Shown here piece by piece: positions 55,501 through 64,000 of a DNA stretch of 64,000 nt. The notes beneath the pieces are model-generated. The model searched no databases. It saw only the letters and a list, made by a program, of their open reading frames with translations, and had not been told where the DNA came from. Positions within the stretch are counted from its first letter, which is position 1, and every line of letters begins with the position of its first letter. The translations under genes were made by a program, and so were the position numbers. Location: contig CM022671.1 in the NCBI GenBank assembly GCA_012295275.1, positions 31,806,001 to 31,870,000 on the forward strand, in the 5' to 3' direction. The DNA comes from Chrysomallon squamiferum. Lineage: Eukaryota; Animalia; Mollusca.

Positions 55501-56721
55501 AGTAGGACATCGTCAGTTGTCATCTTAAATGTACATGTTTCAAACAACCAGTCAACAAAACTGTTAGTGAGAATGTGGTAAGAAGTAAGAAATTTCTTCC
55601 AAACCCTCACAGATAACAGTTAGGAGAATGGAATGGCCAAGCATTCTCAGTTTGTTTTTTGTTTAGAGGCAAAATACCTAATAGAAATTATGAGATTGCC
55701 CATCTAAAAAATCATCTGAATTATAGTTTTTAAATCTAAAACACAGAAATGAAACAAGAGAAAAGGTAATTAGCTGGTAGCATTGCATCAGTGAGTCTGA
55801 AAATTTTTTTTTTTTTCTTTGGAATCTGCACACTGCTGTGTGTTTTCATCTATCTGAAGCTTCCTCATAAGGAAAATGTACAACACACTCATGATAAATT
55901 AGTTACCTGTATCAAGGTTAATCAACAAAGTTTTACATTTTTAATATTGTTTGTAGCAACCTGTTCCTGGAACAAAAGATGGTGTTGGCCAGGAGACTGT
56001 TCTGATCACCTGGCATCATCCTGCAAGTGTAGAAGAGGTTTCAAGAAAGTGGAAGGACCAGGTTTCACTAAGTGTGACAGTGAGTTTCTACATGTACAAT
56101 TTCATTTAATAAGTGATATGTAACACCAACTGAAGTAATTTCAGCAGAAAGTTAAGTTTCCTACAACATGATATCTATGCAGGTCAGGTTAATACAGTTT
56201 CAATATGTTTGGATACAAGACTGAAATACAATAGGACTATGGGTAGAATGGTGAAGGGTATATCACAGCATCTGCTCTTCACTAAATAAAATCTATCTTA
56301 ATTCAGACTCCAGGATTCACATTAACGTGCTTTGATACCTGCATTTTTCTAATCTCATTATGAGCCAGCAATATGAAAAGTTGAAATCTAATAGTTTTGT
56401 ATTTTTCTTCTTGTTTTGTTTTCTATTGTTCTTTGTTGTTGTTGCTATTGCTGTTTGTTTTAGGATTTTTCTGAGGATTTTTTTGTACTTTCATTTTCTT
56501 TACTTACTTATTTATCAATTTGTTTGTTTTTTATTTTGTTTTTGTGGGCATATGTCTGACATGAAACAACTGGATGGTGGATGTAATAATTATTTTGCTG
56601 GGTATTTTAGGGTTTTTTAAAAAATTAAAAATTTATTTTCTTTTTGTTGTTGGTTCATTTATTTACTAATTTATTTATTTAGTTAGTTATCATTATCATT
56701 GATATTATTACTATTATTATA

Positions 56722-56756
<35 letters not shown>

Positions 56757-59700
56757 TATAATTTTAATTTTATTATAATTACAATGAAAAAATACAAATA
56801 ATATATATATATATATATATTTATATTTTATATCCAGTTTCAGCAGTGCCTGATTTGATGACATGTAACATAAAGATAGAAGATAAGAATGATCAGATTG
56901 TTACATCAACTCCTGGCAATGTCACTGGTTGTGAACATGAGACAAGCACCTACTCAAACATGCAGCCTAACAAGATGTTAAACTTCACCATTCTGGCATC
57001 CTTTGAAAACAAAACTGATCTAAGCAATTCAAAATTTAATTACATTGTTAAATCAGCCAACAATGCAGGAATTGTGAATGGAGTTGTCAACGTCTTTGTG
57101 GAAATGGTTAATGGTACAGTTTTTGTTAAATTACTTGAAAATGTTGTTGAAACTGTTAATGTTACATCCAGGAATGGAAATAGTTGTGTACATAGGGGAT
57201 GGCGTTATAATATTTTGTATTATTTGCCCACACTCTCCCCCCCACAAAAAAATAAATAATAATAATAATAAAAACAACTGCATTTTCAGATTACAAACGT
57301 TTTTCATGGAGGGGCTTATAGTATTCACTTCGTTAAAACCTACAGATGTTAAAATATCCCTAGTTCCTAAATCCTATTTTCAGCAGTGATTAAATTTTTT
57401 CTAAACATGTCTTTCCAATTGCTTACTTGCCTTTCAAAATTATCTTTGATGTCCTTTTTATTTACTTTCTCTGAAAGAAATATAATCATATGCACTTGTG
57501 TTGCAAAAGAGTTCTTAATTGTATTGATATTAATATATTGCTACAGAGAGTTTGCATTATTGATAATTGTAGAGAGTACATATCAGGCATGGGCAATCTT
57601 TTTCATGGCTCATCATTAAGCTGGCCAAAGTACTTATAAACATTTTTTTCCTTTTGAAAATAGTCATGCATTCAGAAAGTCAGATGGGCTGCTGTTTGCC
57701 CATGACTGGTGTAAATATTTATTCTGTGTCAAAATCTGTAGAATTTACTATTTTTTTATATTTAAGGCACACATAGCAAGGTAAACACAATAAATCTGAA
57801 AGGTGGTAGAGACTGCAGTGAACACATAAATAACACGAATCCTTCTACTCATCTTGACTGCAGTTTTTCTTTGGATATCAGCCAGAATTTAACAAATGGA
57901 GAAAGGTATTTTTTAAAGTATTTTTTACACAAATTTAGAGTACCTTTCCAACTTATTTAACATATCATGGGTTAGCATGCCAAATTTTCTTCTGATACAT
58001 TATAACAAGCTTTTATGTTAAACTGCCAAATTTTGTCATGCAAACAGTCTTTCTTTTCAGAACTCATTGTTTAAAAAGAAAAGAAAATTACTTTATAGGT
58101 ATTCATTTAAATATTGAAAGTCTATGTTAATTTTAATTCATCTTGATGAATGAATGTATCAATATCATAACTGCAATAAAAATAGAGTATTCATTTCCAG
58201 ACTGTGCACTGAATTTGTTGTGTCATCTGGTGGGTTTTTCAAGTACACAGACTTTGACAGAAATGAAACAGGAACAGAAATATTCACACCCCTGTCCAGT
58301 AAGAAGACTTTATGTCTAAACTACGATGATGTAAAACCTGAACACTGTTTAGCCAGTCAGTCTGTGCCATGTAAAAAGCTGCTGATTGGACTTGCCAGCA
58401 GAATAATGAAATCTGAAGAGGTCACTCTTTTTCTAGGAGAAGGATGGAAAGATCCATGGCCAGAAACAGGTTTGTCAAAACATGCATCAGGGCTTAAAAC
58501 TTTCATGCTGGAAGTACACGAAGTCAAATCAAAAGGGAAAGTATTAGAAGTTGATAAAGGAAGCATGAATCCTCCAATTAAATTTGAATTATTTGCTTCA
58601 CCTCTTGTCAATATAACATTTAAACTCCCAAAGGCCCCATCTTTGTATTGTATCATGCTTGAAGTGCATGATATTGCAGGCAATGTGAGATTTGCCAGAA
58701 GATTTGTCCTGTTTGACAACGAATCAAAAATTGAGGTTAATAACAGATTCCCTTTAAGAGTGACTTCTGCATCGAAATCTACTGAGTACAAATGGCAGAT
58801 CAATCATGGTTTGCTTTGTGTACAGTGGAAAGAGAGATATTACAATTCTTACTACATCCACAACAACCTCCTGGCTCCTATTACTCTAGACACTGCTAAT
58901 GGAATATCTGGTGTTTATGATCAGCAAACTGGCAGACTGCCTGTCAATGGAACCAAAAGTATCTATGGATTAACAGGTTTCATGTATTCCTATTCCTTAA
59001 ACAATGGCACATACACTCCAGAGAAATATGTGGTTGACTTTGAAAAGGAATCAATGTGTTTAAATCTAACTCTGTCAGATGGTGATACATACAACATCAT
59101 CATCACTGCTGAAGATATCATGGAAAACAAACTGAGTGAAAACGTGACTGTTCACATAGACAGAACAGTACCTGATATCAGTAACGTCTGGCTGGTTAGG
59201 AATAACAATGACAAACTCTACGTCCATCACAGCACTGACTTATCACACATGGTGCTGCAGTTTGAGGCAACAGATGCACACAGTGGTGTGTACTCAGTGG
59301 AATGGTTCCTGGGCACACAAAACAACACTGCCAATATTGGACAGGGAGCCCTGCCAGTGGTCAAACTTCCAGTTGGGGTAAGTTTCTTTTATAAACTTCA
59401 TTTTTCTTTATGTTAAATTAATGTGCTAAATATTGATTATTTTATTAAAAATATATATATCACATACATTCAAGTATACATATGTGTAGATGTCTGTATG
59501 TATATCTTTTTAAAGAAAACCATATAAACAATTATCAAAAATAATATTAAAAGTAAAGTAAAAATAAAAAGAAATTAACTGAATTATATTTTTTAATTTT
59601 ATATTCATTATGCATACATACACACACACACACATACATACATATATAATGTAGATACCCTGAATACTTTTTTAGACAAGCTGTAAAGATGACAGAGAGT

Positions 59701-62700
59701 GTTACTGTCCATCTGTTGGTCCTTGTGCCTTCTTCAACTACACTTTAAAACTGAACAGTCTCGTACACAACAACACACACATAGGAGACCATAACAGAGA
59801 TTACCACTTTTCACTAATTGCTACTAACATGGCCATGTTGAAGTCAGTGTATTACTTGGAGGTGCTCGTAGATGCATCACCACCAGTTCCTGGTGTCGTT
59901 CATGAAGGTTCACCAGATGGACCTGACATTGACTACACCAGTGAAGACTACATCAATGTCAAAATGCACGGCTTCATTGATCATGAAAGTGGGATAAGAT
60001 ATTACCTGGTTGCCTTAGCAGAGCAGTGTTTAACTCTGGAAGAGCTAACCAAACAAGAATCCCACAACACTTCTACTGTTTATAGAACAGACTCTCCAGT
60101 GATAAAAATACAGTTTCCAAACAGTGGTCTCTTCTACTCCTCTGTGGTTGCCTTTAATAATGCAATGGAACCGTCCACTGTTGTCTGTTCTGATGGAATC
60201 ACAAAGGATTCCACTCCTCCATTGATGGCAGACATCAAACTGAAAAATGGGAAAATGAAACAAGGCATCTGGTGTAAAAAGACTAAGACTTGGCTTGTCA
60301 ATGGGAATATGACTTTAACTGAATTACAGCAAACCAAAACTTGTCAGAAGAAATGTTTACATCTTGAAAACATGGGATATGCTGACTCCTTGCCTGTAGA
60401 AAACACAGAGTTAGACAATGATACATCTGATGATTTATGTCATAGATTACCAATACTGAAAAATGATTCTCTCATCTATCTTCCTTCTGATAAACTTTAC
60501 TTGGAATGGAAAACTGATGAGACTGACAGTCAGATCAGAGATTATTTGATAGGTATCGGTGATGACACATCTCAGATTGATTCACCACAAGTGATAAATT
60601 ATGAATCCACACATGGGAAAGAATTCTTTCATTTTCAACATACTGGACTGAGTAGAAGATCTTTATTCTACATCTTCTTGAAAACTGTGAACAAAGCTGG
60701 ACTGACATCATCCATTGTTCTTGGACCTGTGAAGATGGATGAAACACCCCCACAGGTGACAGAAAAACTGTATCCAAGAGTTGAAGGCAGCAGGGTGATT
60801 GTTAAATGGAACAACAACAGTATTATAGATCCCTGAAGAAAATGGCTATCATTTTACAGTACTCTACAGAGTTGGTAAGAATATTTCAATAAATTAAATG
60901 TGAATTTCTGAAGCTGACGTGAGTGTTTGTTTGAGGAGTTACAATGTTTGTGCTTAGAATATATCTCTTTATAAATGTGGGCTCTTGGGTTAGATACTGT
61001 TTTGGTTCTCATTTCATTTTTGTAAATTTATGCAAAATTTTGGGCTCATGGTTTTATGTATGCTATGAATACAATGTATGTCATTTGCCTCATGTGGGCT
61101 GGGTGTTTTTTGTTATAAATAAAATATATTTAATAATTTTTCATTTTTTTTCTTATGTGTAAATGGATTCTGCAATTATAATGTTATTAGTATATTTATT
61201 CCAGCTGTTGGTGTTGAATACATGACACCAATCCTTCAAACTCCCGAACGCTTACAGGGGCAGTGTCACAGGAAAGGATATGCAGGCTGTGTTCAGTATC
61301 CTCTGAAGTCATTACAAAAACATGACTCTGAACAAGGGCTTTCTTTTCACTTTGAATTGTACATCTACAACACAGCTGGCCATTTCTGCACAGTGAAAAC
61401 TGAGACTTTTACTCTCCCTTCTCAGTTCCCTCCAGGAAAAGCCACAGTATTTGATATAAATCCTTACCATAAAGAAACACTCGCAGATGTTGACTTTCAC
61501 AATGCTTCACAACAAACATGTGTCTACTGGACAGGCTTCTACCATCATCATAATGTCACATTTCAAGTTGGTATAGGACTCCAACCAAGCCTTGATGACA
61601 TTCTTCAGTTTGCTGAGGTGGATCTGAATCCAGTTTGTTTTAATTCCTCCAAGCTGAAACCTAATAAGAAATATTACACTTCAGTGAAAGCTGAGTCTTC
61701 TGGAGGTTCAACTGTTTCATCCTCTGATGGTTTCATCATAGTAGACATCACAGATTCTGAATATATTCTTGATGTCTTTGATGGATTCCCTTGCAGCAGT
61801 AAAAGCAGTCAGAAGCATCTGTTTTCACTGGTAAAGAACAACCAGCTTTATGGATTTAAAGCCAATCACTTGCAGGTTGGATTAGAATATACACTGTTCT
61901 TCACTGATGCTGAACTTGGACACAACATCACCACCATGGTCTCACATAATGCAGTGATTCTCAGAAATGATCTTGAAGAAAGTCATTCCTTATTGTTTGT
62001 ACCAACAGTCTCAAACCCTGAATTCCTGTTGGATAAACCAGTCTCAGACCAATCCATTACCAGTTATGGTTATGTGAGTCAGTGTGTTACTGATTCTGAT
62101 TTCCTACTGACTGGACTTCAGTATCCAATGCACTGGAAAGCAAGTGGCTTAGTGGAGCAACATGTTACATATTTCATTATATCTCTTGATCTTGACACAT
62201 GTAGCAACTCCTCCAAAGACTGTGTTAGTGAAATAGCCAGATCTACAGTCCATGGCACAGAAAGGAAATATGTGTGGAATCAGCTGTCACTTCCTACTAG
62301 ATCTTATGTCAAAGCCAATGTCCAGCCATGTTTTGAAGGTATCTGTATGAAGAAAAAGTCATCCAGTGGGTTACTGGTTGTTCAGAAACCACGTGTTACA
62401 GGTTTGCAAGCTACAGTTCTGTCAGTATCAACTAACTGTACCGATTTGTCAGTGACAATGGATGCTGTATGTGATTCATCAAACTCTGTCAGGATTTTCC
62501 AGTGGTACCTTGCCAAACATGAGTATGGTTATCAACAGTTAACATCAGTATACACCATCAGCAAACAAATAAGAGTTACAGAGGTAATTTTGTGCTGATT
62601 GTTTGTTTTGTAACAAAATTAATTTAAAAATGAAAAAAAAAAAAAAATGAAATTATAAAATGAAATTAATGAGGTGTCAAGGCATAATTAATTTTTGATG

Positions 62701-63571
62701 ATCACAATTATATCAACAAGAAAGCTAATTTTGTATTTACTTATTTCTTTTTAATTCATTTCTGCTTCAAGAACTTAGATAAGCAAGATAATTACAAATA
62801 TTGTCTTTGAAAGTATGTACTAATTATTATTTTTTTTAAAGGTTGTTGTGTTATTTTGTTAGGAAGAAAACTGCATTCATTTGATGGTGCACAGTTTTCA
62901 GGATCTGTTCATCTGTGCTAAAGTATTCTGCACATCAGGATTTTCAGACATAATTTGTACACCTGTAGGACTGGAACAAAATATCCACAGATATAAAACA
63001 CATGACATCTATGACATTGATTTAAATGATTTCAATGTTGATAAAGCTTCTAATCTGGTAAAAAGTCAGTATCTTGATAAGGACAGTTTGAAATATCTTC
63101 ATCACAAAGAGATCAATTTCGTGACAAGTGACACCATAATTGGAGCTGTGTTGACAAACTCTGCCAACAGGAATGTTACCTGGTACCTTACAACAAACAG
63201 TTCTCTTCCACTCGACTGTAATTCTGATGACACGTGTATCTCAAAGCTTCACACAGTCGGTGGTGTAGCAGACTTCAGAAGTGTACATTTACAAAACCAG
63301 AAACTTTACTTCATCTGTGCACACATCCAGGCCTCTGTTGTCACCAGAGAATTTACTGAAGAAAAACTGGAATCCTTTTCAGGCTGCAGCAATGGTTTTG
63401 TTGTAGATGATGATCCACCAGAACCAGGCCGGGTTGACATTGCAGGACAAAACAATGGGTTCATGATACAACAAACAACACTCTATGCAACTTGGAGAGG
63501 TTTCTCTGATGTTGAGAAATATCTCACAATTCCTTCTGCATCAGGAATTGCTGGTTATGACATTGCTGTTG
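49584..63571 (+). CDS. Gene B (5' part; continues past window): secreted/surface protein with PLAT/LH2 + EGF-like + FN3-like repeats
   Basis: Exons 49584-49638, 50003-50256, 52222-52308, 53001-53076, 54215-54325, 55957-56079, 56838-57113, 57767-57905, 58201-59377, 59676-60874, 61205-62583, 62863-63571. All are GT-AG with matching phases, apart from one extra C at 60831-60833. Starts MFRLKLNAVLFVIIFIDQG. Repeats such as VDASPPVPGVVHEG...MHGFIDHESGIRYY and VDDDPPEPGRV...WRGFSD match gene A's units. The last exon ends at a donor site, with no stop. Confidence 0.85.
50003..53076 (+). CDS. Gene B PLAT/LH2 domain (exons 2-4)
   Basis: YRVTINSTNISGAEIDACMDIEFRGPYKNSG ... VDTEDVGPILSIGLKMNNKGAVPDWHINY | VYVYKNGTQYNFPCCCWV follows the PLAT consensus Y.V.V.T....GAGTDA.V.I.L.G...S / D.G.I..I......G..P.W....V / Y.FPC..W. 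Confidence 0.85.
50104..50208 (+). repeat. Coding 24-bp tandem repeat (4 units + partial)
   Basis: AGTGGATGGCATTGGAGTTATTGC x2, TGTGGACGGTATCGGAGTTATTGC x2, then TGTGGATGG. Translates as SGWHWSYC SGWHWSYC CGRYRSYC CGRYRSYC CGW. Confidence 0.95.
50660..51090 (+). mobile_element. Tigger transposon fragment in gene B intron 2
   Basis: EKHERGVNVVNLARQYENSTSTICTILKQK...PAKGVKIISK...VHEKMEK resembles the Tigger N-terminal psq-type HTH. The right end ...CTCGTAAGTC...TACCACTG-TA matches the TIR family of 46069-46342. Confidence 0.75.
54460..55010. repeat. Intronic minisatellite, 27-bp unit
   Basis: Many copies of TACAGGTACCAGATCATTTATATATAA, with a degenerate interruption near 54610-54680. Confidence 0.9.
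55957..56079 (+). CDS. Gene B EGF-like exon (phase 1-1)
   Basis: TCSWNKRWCWPGDCSDHLASSCKCRRGFKKVEGPGFTKCD: six Cys with a C-x-C-x2-GF motif, in a symmetric phase-1 exon. Confidence 0.65.
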
Positions 63572-64000
63572 GTAAGAATTGATGAATTTAATATAATTTT
63601 AATAGTGTTTAGTATAGAAATTAAAAGTTTCTAAATGTCCTGTATAAGTTACAACACAATATGAAATTACCAGTATATTAATTTTTTTGATTTTTTAAGT
63701 TTGATTTTTGTTTATTTAATTTTTTAATTTTAACTTTTTTTATTTTGATTTTTTTTATTTGTAATAAAAGAGATTAAGAAATTTAAAAAATCTGATGCAG
63801 AAAATGGAATAATGAAATTTATTCATGTATCAGCTTTATCCTAATATCATAATCATTGTAAATCCTTAATTTTTTTTGGTATTTTAGATCATTATTTTTC
63901 TCTGATGTTTTCTTGACAAAACTTTTAGGCTAAATGTTCCCAAATCTGTTTTATAAAAAAAAAAAAATTTAATTTTTTTTTTATTGGTTAATTCAAGAAT

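Noticed and set aside
49584-63571. Naming gene B a lipoxygenase, LOXHD1 or polycystin
   Set aside because: It has a single extracellular PLAT after a signal peptide, followed by EGF and FN3-like repeats. No catalytic, multi-PLAT or REJ/TM region is visible in the window.

Overview
AT-rich, intron-containing animal DNA (microsatellite-laden; lophotrochozoan/mollusc-like by inference), not prokaryotic. Almost the whole window is two giant genes arranged head-to-head, with 608 bp between their start codons. The ORF track misses most of their small exons; I rebuilt them by hand from GT-AG sites and phase matching. Gene A (minus, 48975->4169, 47 exons, ~4,850 aa) encodes a type-I membrane protein. 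Its order is: signal peptide, vitellogenin/MTP-type large lipid transfer (LLT) module, helical region, LECT2/M23-like domain missing one zinc ligand, cationic amphipathic segment, FN3/Ig-like 'DxTPP...W.GF.D.ESGI' repeats with a PAN domain, bacterial-adhesin-type cadherin-like domains, TM helix, and a short tail with dileucine and PDZ-type motifs. It has seven furin-type sites. Gene B (plus, 49584 to past the window end, 12 exons seen, ~1,860 aa so far) encodes signal peptide, PLAT/LH2 domain with an in-frame 24-bp Cys/Trp repeat expansion, EGF-like domain and the same FN3-like repeats. The pair looks like a possibly co-regulated, lipid-engaging surface system that I cannot assign to a named pathway. 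Three apparent single-base lesions at homopolymers (one splice acceptor, two frameshifts) are either assembly errors or real inactivating alleles. Introns hold decayed Tc1, Tigger/pogo and hAT-like DNA transposons and several minisatellites.
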